Below, piece by piece: positions 37,990 to 49,950 of a DNA stretch of 64,000 nucleotides; positions within the stretch are counted from its first letter, which is position 1, and each line of letters opens with the position of its first letter. The DNA lies in assembly GCF_006345805.1 (NCBI RefSeq), contig NW_021834232.1, positions 43,836-107,835 on the forward strand, given 5' to 3'. The stretch is from Octopus sinensis (Eukaryota). The position numbers and the translations under genes are program-made. Below the pieces are notes generated by a model. The model had not been told where the DNA came from and made no database searches. It saw nothing but the letters and a program-made list of their open reading frames with translations.

Positions 37990-40900
37990 ATATAAATATA
38001 AAAGACGACTAAATAGTGAAAAACCCACGCCATGGCAAACCTAATCCTTTGTCATTGTTTCAATCTACTTTTCTCTTTTTTTTCCTCATGCCTCTCTGTT
38101 TCTCTAAAAAGTCGCTTTGTTGCACTTCGTGCATGCTTAACAACCCCAGGAAGAACGGCTCTCATTGCTCCTCCTGTGACCGTTTTTTCCATCTATCCTG
38201 TGCCGGAATACCTAAATTGGCCGCCGCTTCTCTGTCGAAGTGGTGTTGCCACTCTTGCCTTACCCAATCAAACTTGAGCCTGCACCCGGTTTTCTCATCC
38301 AAAGATTCACACTCTCAGCCCATCATTTCTTCCCCCTCGGTAAAAGATTTCCTCTTGGCGGTCGCACAAGCCAAGAGAAGCCGCTCGATCCCTATCAAAA
38401 TCCCGAAGGCCGCACGTATCCTTGCCGGAGACTCTTTATCAAAAGTCATCGACAAAGCCATTACTTCCAATGACCCAGCCTCCTGGAATCATCTTTTCTG
38501 CTTTGGCGTCATGGCTCTCGGCCTCCGCAGAGAGGATTCCCCACCAAAATCGATTTCTAACCGTTCCAAGCATAACATCTCAGCCTACCTAAATCGCCCT
38601 GATGATGACTTTCCTGCCTGGCTGGGCGAAACAAAGCCCCAGTCAACGCATAAAGTTAAAAAATCCAGTCAAAGTAGCAACGTAGACTCAGAAGCCTAAG
38701 ACATTTTGCGCCTGCGGAACAGGATCAACACTAAACTGATGGAGGGAAATGTTGCCAGCGCTGTCCGTGTTTTATCATCTGATGACTCAGTTCTTTCCAT
38801 TACACCAAGTGTCCTCGCTGAGCTTAATGCAAAACATCCGAGCCCCCCCGCGGACCTTCGCTCTACTACTCTAAATTCCGATTACCCCGCAACCTATGCC
38901 CCCAAAGAAGATGTTCTAGATGCTATTAATTCCCTTGCAACAGGCAGCTGCGGGGGCATCGACGGACTACGCCCAGGGCATGTGAAAGATCTACTCTCAA
39001 GCCACACCTGCGAGGCCGGCGCTCGGCTCCTCGTCTCCATAACTGCTCTGACAAACATGATCATCCAGGCACAAATCCCCGAGTACGCTCGGGACCTCCT
39101 ATTTTCTGCAAAAATCACCGCATTGAGGAAGAAGGAAGGCGGAATCCGCCCTATTGCTGTTGGTACATTTTTTCGCCGCCTAGCTTCCAAAGTAGCCTGT
39201 AGACAAGTTACCAAGTCTTTGGGTCAGGAACTACGCCCGTTTCAGTTGGGCGTCGGTGTCCGCGGCGGCTGTGAAGCTGCTGTCCATGCTGCGCAAGAAA
39301 GTTTATTTCCGCCTCGACGAAAGGCCGGATAACGCCTCTGTACTCGTGAAGCTAGACTTGACAAATGCCTTCAACAGTCTTCGTCGGGACTGTATTCTCG
39401 AAACTTGCTACCGCCGTGCTCCCTCAATGCCCGCTTGGTATCTATGGCTTACTCCAAGCCAAGCCTTCTTATTGCCGATGACCAAATCTACAACAGCAAC
39501 GGTGTTCAACAGGGCGACCCACTTGGCCCGTTGCTTTTTGCCCTGACGATCGATCCTGTTGTTCGGAACATCTCATCTCGTTTCAATGTATGGTACCTGG
39601 ACGACGCTACTATCGGAGGTCCGGTAGCTTCCGTCCTTAAAGATTTGGAAAATCTGATCCCCTCCCTTAATTCTCTTGGCCTATCCATCAATCCGCTCAA
39701 ATCCGAAATTGCCAATATTGGCTTTACCCCAGAAGATTTTACCTCTGTATTTAATACGTTCTCGAATGTCCTTCCAAATATCCGCAGGACCTTGATCGAA
39801 AATTTGAAAATCTTAGGGTCCCCTATATCCAATCTGGGTGTTGAATCATCCCTATATGCTAAAACATCCTCGCTAGTGGCAATTTCTAACAAACTAGCAA
39901 AAATCGATTCCCATTCCGGCCTGTTTTTCCTACGCAATTGTTTTGCAATTCCAAAGCTTCTATTTATCCTCAGAAGTGCCCCATGTTTCTTTAACCTGAG
40001 GGCTCTCGAATCATTTGATTTTTCGCTTAAATCCAGCTTGGAGTCCATTTGCAATATTACCCTCGATGAGATCGGTTGGCAACAGGCCACCCTTCCTATA
40101 AGCCATGGCGGTATTGGTATCCGATCATCTGTCGACCTTTCTATCCCGGCGTACTTATCTTCAGTTAATGCGACCAACGATCTGGTCCAGGAGATTCTCC
40201 AATCCGTAACCGAATCATCTATGGACACAGAGTCGGTCGCCGCAGAAAGTCGCTGGCAAGGGATGTCTCTGGAAATCCCGGAGAATACACACGCTCAAGG
40301 CCAATGGGACCGGATCCTCTGCGACCACAAGATAAACAGCCTCAAGCCGAAACTCAATCAACATCGCTTGGCTTGCCTATTGGCCGCCTCGCAACCATAT
40401 TCTGGTGCATGGCTTACAGCAATCCCTATGGCGTCAATCGGCACCTTAATGGACAACGACTGTGTAAGGATTTCCGTCTCTCTCCGCCTCGGACTTCCCA
40501 TTTGCAGAACACACCAGTGCCGCTGCGGTTTAAGAGTGGACCCATTTGGCCATCATCCCCTCTCCTGCTCACGTAGTGCCGGACGTTTCCCACGACACGC
40601 CGCCATCAACGACACCGTGAGCCGTGCCCTAACGAAGGCGGGGTTTCCTAATGAGCTCGAACCAGTCGGGCTCGACAGAGGCGACGGTAAGCGCCCGGAT
40701 GGCATGTCAATCTTCCCGTTTGAAAAGGGGAAATGCCTTATCTGGGACGCCACCTGTTCCGACACTTTCTCCGCCAAGAATCTAATTGCCTCCGCTGCGG
40801 AACCGGGCTCAGTTGCAAAGCAGGCGGAACTAACAAAACATAAGAAGTACCGGGTCCTGGCAAAGGATCACCAATTCACTGCAGTCGCGGTGGAAACCTC

Positions 40901-41100
40901 TGGAGTCATCGGCCCGCAGACGCTATCGTTTCTCCGCCGCCTTGGATCTAAGCTCGTGGTTGCCACGAAAGATCCCAACGAGTCGATCAGACTCTTTCAA
41001 GGGATCTCATTGGCCATCATGCGCGGAAATTGCCAGTCGATCCGCTGCGCATTTTAACTCTTTTCGCTTATCTTAATAATAAAAATTTTGAAAGCTAAAA
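37990..41100 (+). mobile_element. Near-full-length CRE-like RLE retrotransposon (PHD-RT-CCHC-RLE)
   Basis: N-terminal C4HC3 PHD (CTSC..CSSC..FHLSC..WCCHSC); RT (QQGDPLGP, WYLDD); CRCG..H..SC..RHAAIND; RPDG..WDAT..K..KY..VETSG. Three frameshifts; exact 5' end uncertain. Confidence 0.9.
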
Positions 41101-41445
41101 AAAAAATTAAAAAAATAGTTTTAGTAGTAAATAAATTTTTATATGTGAAAAGATTTGGTATTTGCTGATTACCGAACGTTTTTCCTTGATTTTCTGCGTG
41201 TTGAATGATAATGTCCGACCAATGAGATGATATTGACGACAAAACTGTGTCCGCAATAGACTACTATGTACTAATATTTATCATTTTTTATTTCTTTCAT
41301 AAGGAAGTAGTCATATCTTCTAATTATAAAAAGCCGCAAAATTAAGAAATATAACAGCCATAACGATATTCGGGAGTCAGACACTCCAGTTGTCGCAAAA
41401 TATCATCTTCAAACATAATATTTAGAAATTCAATATGCCTATGTG

Positions 41446-43660
41446 CAGGGGTCGGCAACCTTTTTGTGGCAAAGAGCCACTTTTTACTTAAACAGCAATT
41501 AAGCATAATTAAAAAGCCACCATATAAAAATATTTTGTAAAGAAAACATGAAAGAAAATTTAAACACAAAAATTATAAAATAATTAATGCGACGATTGTC
41601 CTTGTATTTCATTTGACAGTGTTAATAACTCGGGAATGCGAATTTTTTTAATAGATAAGATGACTCAGGAAGGCTATTCCATACATCAAATGTTAACAAA
41701 TCTGTCTTTCTATTTCGTGTTTCTGCACGATTATTTTTATTTAATTATTGTCGCGCGCAATGGATGAAACGCGTGCCTAAAGTGAAACGCTGTGAACCTT
41801 GAGAAAACCACAAAAAACCTCGAAAATAAAATTAACAATCCTTTGATGAAAACAGGAATAAAACCGAGAAATCAATTTTTTATTATTATCGTTTGAAAGA
41901 TTAACAATTTATTTAAATAATGGTTAGCCATTTTAAAATTACCAAAAAATTAAAAATATTTTAACCTGAAAATTTACCTGTCTAAATTTTTTTAACTTGT
42001 GATTTAAATACTATTTTTTCATTTCCATCTTGATCTTTTATTTTAACTCTATTATTTGAAATTAAATCTTCAACAGTAAAGATTTGTTGATGATAAAAAG
42101 ATTCTAATTTTCGCTTCTTCGTCCTTTGATTTGTATCAAAATCTTTTTTCAGCAAAACATTATTTCCAATTGCAATTTCTTTCAATGTTTTTGAAAAATT
42201 TCGTTCCATTCTTTCAAGATATTTGTCATTTATGATAGTTTGATTTTCATGTTCTTCAATTAATTCATCATCATTATAATAAGAAATGTTATATCCTCTT
42301 GTTCGAAAAAAAGCCATAAATGGTGACATATTTATAGAAGAATGAATTGAAATATTGTACTGATATACAATTTTTTCTAACACATCCACCTATTTTTTCT
42401 GTTTGTCTGTGAGTTCTTTTTGAATCCATCTGCAAATGGTTTGATTGCAACGCTCCACTTGTCCCTGTGATTCTGGATGTCTTGGACGTCCCCTTTTATG
42501 AATTATTTTAAATTCTTCACATAATGACGTTATTTCTGAATTAACAAATTCTGTTCCGTTGTCAGACTGCAGAATTTTTGGTGGACCATAGGAAAGAAAT
42601 ATAGTTTTCAATGATTCCGAAACTGTAACTGCTTCTTTATTTTCTATTTTTTTAGCAAAGCAAAATTTTGAATAAATATCTATGACATTCATAAGATATT
42701 TATAGGAATCATTTATATCTGCATAAAACGAAAGATCGACTAAATCAACTTGATAGCTAAAAATAAGCTATTGAATGAACCGTTCTCGAGGTTCTTTGGC
42801 TACTATGTTGACTAGTGGATATTTTGTCTTTAAGGGCTGACTTCGCTGACATTTGTGGCATGATGATATTACATCCCTAATTATGTTTCGATTGATTATG
42901 CAAAAATTATTTTTGCAATACTCTTCCATTTTATTAAATCCATAGTGATAAATTGAATGAATCCTTTCACAATGCAGTTTCATGGATTCGAAATCATTTG
43001 AGGCAATTACCAATATTTTGTTTCCATCAGATTGTTTATAATATAGCACACCTATCATTAGATTTAATAGTACCTCCAGAATTTACGAAATTTCTACATT
43101 TTTTGAGAAAACGAAATCTTTTTAGTCTTGAAAAATCTTCTGGTATTGTATTATTTATTAAAAAATCAAGAATATTCTTATACTCCTGATCATCCTTTAC
43201 AATGTTGGCAAATCTCATTTCGATAATATTATCTCAAAGTGCGCAATCATCTTTAATATTGACTTGATAATTGTCAAGAGCTTAATTGAAGGTTAAATTC
43301 AAGGTCACGGCGTTTCACTTTAGGCACGCGTTTCATTTATGGCGCGTGACAATTATTATATCAATTATTAAAGAATATTTTTTTCGTTTCTAATTTTTCA
43401 TATTCGGTGGTTAGGTGGATAAACTTTTGAGCCCATAATTCTTTACTTTTTAACTCAAGCAATTGAATCTTAAATTCAGAAATTTTTATTTCAAATTTTG
43501 AAATATTTAGATATTCTGTTTCCACAATCAGAGTGCAACAAACAAGATAGATTTTTTGTAAAATCATGGAATCATGTAATTTTTGTATTTTATTCTGACC
43601 TGTTCTGAAATGATTTGCTTATTGATAAAAAAGTTTCTTTAATATAGGAAAACTCAAGAA
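41446..43660 (-). mobile_element. hAT (Charlie/GTF2IRD2-like) 3' remnant, split by the Ginger2 insertion
   Basis: Terminus CAGGGGTCGGCAACC at 41446; QLLELKSKELWAQKF...[Ginger]...DVWNSLPESSYLLKKFAF. Confidence 0.7.
41749..43351 (-). mobile_element. Near-intact Ginger2/TDD-like integrase transposon
   Basis: ~60-bp imperfect TIR TGTC(G/A)CGCGC..ATGAAACGCGTGCCTAAAGTGAAACGC; 5-bp TSD ATTAT. ORF 43218-41982 is continuous after splicing 43052-43073 (22 nt) and 42757-42780 (24 nt), apart from one TAG at 42390. HHCC zinc finger + DDE. Confidence 0.93.
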
Positions 43661-43679
43661 TTTTTATCTCCAAATTGCA

Positions 43680-45200
43680 GGAGGAGGCTGGGTTGTGAGT
43701 ACGAAAGGTGGACCAGAGGATAAGCGGAGGGGGCGAGAGAAAGGCAGGTCTCGAGCAAATGATCCCGTCTCACTGTGTTGAACGCATTTGATATGTCCAG
43801 TTTAACTAAAAGATATTCCAATGAAGAATCCAGAAGTTCTCTTACGGCATGGGCAGCCGATTCACACCCTCCACTGACGCCGACGCCCAATTGGACTGGC
43901 AAAAATTTCGGGACCAACTCGGGGATCACAACGTGGCAAACGAGCTTTCCGGCCAATCTGCGGAAAACATTACCCACGGCGATCTGCCTGACCCCGTTAT
44001 CTTTTTTACCCAAAGCAGTGAGATTAGCCGAGAAGAAATCGCCCGGGCAAAATCCGGTAAATTCCCACCGATAAAACGGTTACAGAGATTGGTGATAGAT
44101 TCCAAGAGGAGACGGCGCCTGCCTCAGCAGTAAGAGGTGAAGTCAAGTCTTTAATGTGTCCGGGCTTCAGCCCATCTATACCCCACTGCTGCTTGGGGAA
44201 AAACTTTTCAGTGCCTTCTCAACTGTGAAGCGGTAACCAGCAGTTGCGGAAGGGCGGTCGTATCGATAGCGGGTGTGGGTGCGGGAGTTTACTGGAAGAC
44301 TGGGGTGCTTGGATCTCAAATTGACGACGAAACGGAAGGAGATGGGGACAAAAGCCGGTTAGAGGAAGCAACAAGTCTGACAGCTCCACGGACATCGCCA
44401 TCCAACAGCTTGCTGTTCACCTTACGACGGAGGTAAATGCAATCGGAGGAAGTTTTAGTGTTAACCACAGAAGGGGCGACACATTGTGACAGTCAGAGTG
44501 GAGGGAATCGAACTGGGAGGGAAACAGAAGTACAATGATCGAATAGGGCGAGTTGCTGTTTAATAATCGATGCGGGAAAAAGTTTTTTAGACTCGCTGTC
44601 GGGCGGGAGGGTTGGATCCCAATACCGAAAACAGCAAACAAAAAGGAGTAACCAGTCAGACTGGTCATTAGATGACAAAGCGCGGTTTATAGCTGTGGAC
44701 AAAGAGAGAGCAGCTTGAATCCTCGCTGCCTTCGGTATCCGTGCCGGAATTTGGCGGTTACAGCGAGAAGAATAGATGAATCTTAAAGCATCTTCGGCTG
44801 ACGGAGATGGACTTTCAGCAGGGATTTCCGGCGGACTGTTGGCCGGGACCGGCCTGCAAGAACGACAAACAGGGCAGTTCCAGGTTATGAGAGAAGCTGA
44901 AACGCGCCTGGAAAGTCGAACACACGAAAGGTGGAAGAAACTGTTGCAGCCAGAACAGTATCTACCTTTCTTCCGATCGTTGCTAGTTTTGCACGAAAAG
45001 CAAATAGCCATCGTAGGAAAGAAATAGGATAGAAAGATGGAAAGGTATAAAAAAAAAGAAATAGAAAAGAAAGATGGACAGAAAGAAATGAAATAAAGAA
45101 ATGGAAAAGATAGAAGGACAAATAAAATGAAAGAAAAAGAAATGATAGATGGAGAGATAAAATGAAAGAAAAAGATAAGATAGGTTGACAAAAATACTGA
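43680..45200 (-). mobile_element. 5' half of a PHD-CRE element lacking its 3' part; near-identical to 58954-~60480
   Basis: Pyrimidine-rich 5' UTR; PHD CFSC..CSGC..FHLSC..WNCPVC; RT N-terminus; similarity to the other copy stops at CAGCCTCCTCCTG. Confidence 0.88.
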
Positions 45201-45474
45201 CTATTTGAGTTGTTTTTGACCAATGAGGATTGTTAATATTCGTTGTTAATTAAATGTCAAATCATGTAGGTCACGCTGTCAACGATGAAGGTCGCTCTAG
45301 TCGCCAGCTATGGGCATAGTAACTCTATACATAATATAGTAACTCTGGCCATCTTCTGCATTAAGTATGATATCTACAACAGTTTATTTCGCTTTTATCC
45401 AAATTCCTTTGTTTTAGTAATAATAATTTAATCAGTCAGGTAAGTCGTTAATAGCATCCATTCGAGATATCTAT

Positions 45475-45477
<3 letters not shown>

Positions 45478-45514
<37 letters not shown>

Positions 45515-48171
45515 GATAGCTAAGTTAGTTAAAAGCCTCACGAGACACCCGAACCAGCCGCGCGAATGGCCGAAGACGTTCCCTCGGATCACAGCAATCG
45601 ACAGACGTTCCAGGAGCCAAGAAAACCTCTTGGATCGTGACTAGTCCTTGAAATCCGTCGACCGAGCGAGCGAAGGAAGCGGAGTGTCTTGGGACCGAAG
45701 ATCCCGGAGGACTCCAAGGCAATTGGAGTAAAGAGCAGCGAGTTGGACAGGTGGCCGTACTTGAGAATCTTCGCTCCTCGGCCTGCCTGGAAGCGTGCCC
45801 AGGATTGGCGGCGGACAGCGCGAGATTTCCCAGCGAGAACGTGTCCGAGCAGGTAGAATCCCAAATAGGGATTTCCCCTGCTCGTAGGGGAAGGTGGACA
45901 TGCCGTCAGGGCGTTTGCCATCCCCTCTATCCAATCCAACAGGTTCAAGGATAGACGGGATGCCTGCTGAGGCGAGGGCTCTCTGTACGACTGAGTTGAG
46001 TTCACTGTGACGGGGGGCACGACCGGCACTCCGCCGGCAAGCGAGGGGATGCAAACCGTACTCGTCAACAGTTCCCCACAACGGCATTTGTGCGACGGCA
46101 GATTTTCAGCCCGACACGGAGGGAGATTGCAATTCTCAGGCATTCCTTGTCCAACAGGTTCCCGATGGAAGGGAGAGGGAGAGCCTTAAACAGACACCGC
46201 TGCTTTCACAGCGACCTGCACGGAGGCAAGCGACACGGTGTTGATTGGGACAGGAAGCAGCCTTCGAAGATTGCCTGACAAGAGATTTCGTCCCATTGGC
46301 GCTGTACAGATTGAGAGTTGGGCAGCTTCGAACCAAACGAGCCTCCACCGACCACGGGCTGCAGAGTAAACTTCAGACAATTTCCGTTCGGGGAGGTTTC
46401 TAAGAACGATGTCTGAGAGAGTACGAGAAGCGTGATGAGCGGATAGGAATGCCGGGAGGGCAAGATCGGAATAGGATCTCAAGCCAAGGCCACCCAGCGC
46501 ACAGGCAGGGATGCCTGAGTCCAGCCTGGATCGTCGAAAGCCAGATTGCAAAGAGAGCTCGTACCGAGCCTGAGGATATTGTCAAGGTCGGAAAGAAGGT
46601 CGCCTCTTTGAAAGCAGGGTGCACATCTTAGGGTGTAAAGGATCTTAGGGACGGAGAAGTGGTTTCGGAGGAGGAAAAAAGCCACATGAGGCTCGATGAC
46701 TTTAAGCTTGTCGATCATTTTGGATAAGTGGGAAATTTTTCCAGCGAGTGAGCATTCGAGGGCAGAAGGCCCCATGGGGGCACCGAGGATCGTAAGATTT
46801 GATTTGTCCGTAATCGGACGTCTGAAAGAATGCCTCGGCACGTGGAAATTGAAGCAGTGAAGTCACTCGGATTTAAGGCAATGTTCACGATTTCGGATTA
46901 TTGGCGTTTATAGATAGGCCGATGTCCGAGAGGAAGGGAGGATAGAACGAAGGTCGTCGAAAACAGCGTCGGGGGGACCGCAATGGTTGCGTCATCCAGA
47001 TACCATATGTTAACTGGGGATCGAACAGAGTGAGCGATACTGTTAACGCCCAAGGCAAAAAGGACAGGACCCAGGGGATCTCCCTGTTGGACCCCGGTGG
47101 CCGAAGAGATGGGAACATCGTCGAACATGAGGATACTCGGAGAAGCGTATGAGAGATGTACAAGGGGATAAGCGAACGGAACCAGTTCGCGACAGCACTC
47201 CAGCAGGTGGTCACGTCTGATGGAGTTGAAGCGTTTGAGACGTCTAGTTTGACTATGATAGCCGACTGGGAAGATTCGATGAGTTCACGGAGAGAATGAA
47301 CGGCCGCTTCGCAGCCGTTTGGGACACCGACCCGAGTTGGGCGGGGAGAAACACTTGAGACAAAAAGGGGACAATTGCGTGGCACATAAGTTTGGCAGAG
47401 AGCCTCCGAAAGATATTCCCAACGGCAATGGTCTCACGCCGTTGTCCTTTTTCCAAGGGCAGTAAGGTTGGCGGAAAAGAAAATATCACGAGCAAAATCG
47501 GGGAGGGAGGGAACGGAGATGAAGCGGTTGCACAGGTTGGTAATTGAGCGTAGTAGTTTTCGACCAGCTTCGGCGGTAGTGGGAGACGTCAGGTCTTTCA
47601 GATGACCTGGTCTCAGACCATCTACACCACCACTGCTTCCAGGTGAAAAGTCCCTCAGGGCTTTCAGTACAAGAGTTTCCGAGACAGCAAAAGGATTGAG
47701 AGCGAGGGTGTCAGGGGACGGCTGAGGCCTGAAGTCGTTTGGCTGAGGGGGATGTTTTCCCTGAGGGAATTCAAAAACAGCAGGGGTCGTGGGCAAAAAG
47801 GGGACTTGTCGAGGCAACCAGCCTAACTGCACCACGAACGTCGCCGTCCAAGAGTTTACTATTAATCTTTCTGTTGAGGTAGTCGACGTCATTCGCGTGA
47901 GAGGACACATTATGGGATGGTGAACCAGAGGGAAATTCGGAGCTAGCGAGGTGGTCCCGCAGCCAGCGGATGGAAAAAGAGTTCTTATCGTACAAGGCCA
48001 TTTCTTGTTTGACGGTTGTAGCCAGCGAAATGGAGGAGGTTTTCACACGGGCTCTTAATGGGGCAAAACCGAGACCAAGAGGCGAAGCAAAACAGCTTAA
48101 GCCAATCGGAATGGCCATCAGATGCCAAAGCCTTATCGATTGCGGCGGACAGGGAGGAGGCTGCAAAGATA
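45478..48171 (-). mobile_element. 5'-truncated CRE-like RT-RLE element with poly(A)
   Basis: RT and RLE motifs across many frameshifts; long T-run at ~45477-45510; candidate 7-bp TSD CTATTCT (45471-45477, 48172-48178). Confidence 0.85.
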
Positions 48172-48229
48172 CTATTCTATCAATGAATTTTCAAGCAGAT
48201 AATGGTTTTTAAAAGCTTGTCTATAGTAA

Positions 48230-48540
48230 GTGTTTGAGCTCTCACTATTTTTCCATTATTCTTTATTTTTCAAAATTTCTGATAAAGTAGATTTTCCTAG
48301 GTCCAGGTTTAATTCTCTTCTGATAATTTGAGACAATTCATTCAGCGACATTTCCCTCGAATCCTTAATTTTACAAATCTGTTCTTTTAAATGAATTTTG
48401 ACTTTAGTCTTTTTTCTAACCATAGTTAAATTTGAAAAAATTTGCTGCAAGAATAACCCTTCCCAATACAACAATTATCCCACCAAAAATCGAGATCCTC
48501 TTTTTGCTTGCCGTACAAAGATAACTTTTCAAGGGAAAAC
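48230..48540 (-). mobile_element. pogo/Tigger N-terminal HTH fragment
   Basis: MVRKKTKVKIHLKEQICKIK...LGKSTLSEILKNKE (CENP-B N-terminal HTH-like). Confidence 0.65.
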
Positions 48541-48959
48541 ACGGAAGTTAATTATTCTACTTAATCGTGAATTTTGAGTCCTTGTCTTATAAGTTTTATT
48601 TTGCTACTTACCCTAGTTAACATTATCCCTCATGGAGAGTTGAGACCGACGTGAATAAGGACGAGACTAATGCACAAGATGAGGAGATTGGGGAGGCGGT
48701 CTATAAAACCAGCGTTTTTGAGTTGGTGAGACAGGAGGGTAGTTTGAGCACTTGATTTCAGAGGGTTGAAGACTTGATGGTTAAAATTCGAAAATCTGCC
48801 AATGACCTACCAATCGAGAAGGAGGAAGAAATTAGTATCTCTACAAATCAAACACATTTATTATTGTTAGTGTTTTCATTATGTGCTGGTTTAATACTTT
48901 TTTGTTGCATCCTCCACTTGCACTAGTTTTACTAGAGAGGCCTAAATAAGAGATCAAGG

Positions 48960-49130
48960 TCATTATTAGGTGACTGTGTAGTTGTGAAAGACCTATCTTG
49001 CTAGACACCCCAACGGTGGGAATATGGATTGTGAGGTATTTTTTGTAGGCGTAGGTCATTATCAGACATGTCTTTCCCACTCCCCCATCCCCCACTATCT
49101 TGTCCTCCATACAACATCACAGTGCTCGTT
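48960..49130 (-). pseudogene. Rho-family GTPase N-terminal fragment
   Basis: GDGGVGKTCLIMTY...IPT|VFHNYTVT* with a 22-nt intron at 48993-49014; switch II (DTAGQ) is absent. Confidence 0.65.
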
Positions 49131-49407
49131 CGAATGCATTTATTCACCTCCCAAGATTGCCCAGCCCCTCACAGGAGAGTGGGCAGTGTCATTATATTTA
49201 TTAAAAATATAAAAGTTAGAATAATTAAATGTCGAATATGAGCATCGAGGAGAATGACTCACTCCTTGAAACCTGCGTGCCTGAACAGTCACATTTAATT
49301 GATATTTTGAAGACGAAAATTGTTCTGCTTGTTTCCGAACGAAAGGAGCAGAATTTGGTTATCGAAGGCCTGGTGGAGACCAAACGCGAACTCAACTTGT
49401 CCCTCAG

Positions 49408-49950
49408 GCCTTCTTGTGCAGCCAGCGCAAGGAAGTGCAGGAGTACTTTTGCAACAAAATGACATCTATTGTCCACAACCTGGCAGAGATTGTGGGACCT
49501 TCTCACCTCCCGCGCGGGGAGTCTCACCAACCTGGCCAAACTGCCTGCCTCCACTATCCAGATTATGGCGCAGAAAATGCACTTTTCAAGTACTGCCACT
49601 TCTCTGAGCATAGGGCCATCAAAAGTCGAGGAAAGACACCTAAATATAACCACATCTTCCACACAACTTACATCGGGAGAGCCATCTCGAAGATTAGGAT
49701 TGCCAGCATACTGGCCAACAAATGTTTAATCGCCTTCAGAATTGATTCCTTCCTGGTTGGGCGGCCAGGTGACGCCTAGATGTACCCACGAGTGTGTTTG
49801 GGAGACATTTGAAGCAGTAAATGGAGAACAAATCAAATTCTTAGGGATAGGGACTACTCTCCTTCGAATGCGGAAGTCATTAGGTGGCCTGCCAAGAGGT
49901 AGAAGGTTATGTCATCCCAGGCGAAGAAGGAGAGACGTGGCGTGGTCGAT
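49408..49950 (+). pseudogene. NOP56: NOP56-like (box C/D snoRNP) C-terminal fragment
   Basis: AGSLTNLAKLPASTIQI.GAENALFK|AIKSRGKTPKY..IFHTTYIGRA..RI..ILANKC.IA.RIDSF..VPTSVFG. 24-nt intron at 49590-49613; several indels and stops. Confidence 0.8.

Noticed and set aside
44885-45223. F/L/S-rich ORFs suggesting membrane proteins (also 58848-59273)
   Set aside because: They are translations of the pyrimidine-rich 5' UTR of the PHD-CRE family.
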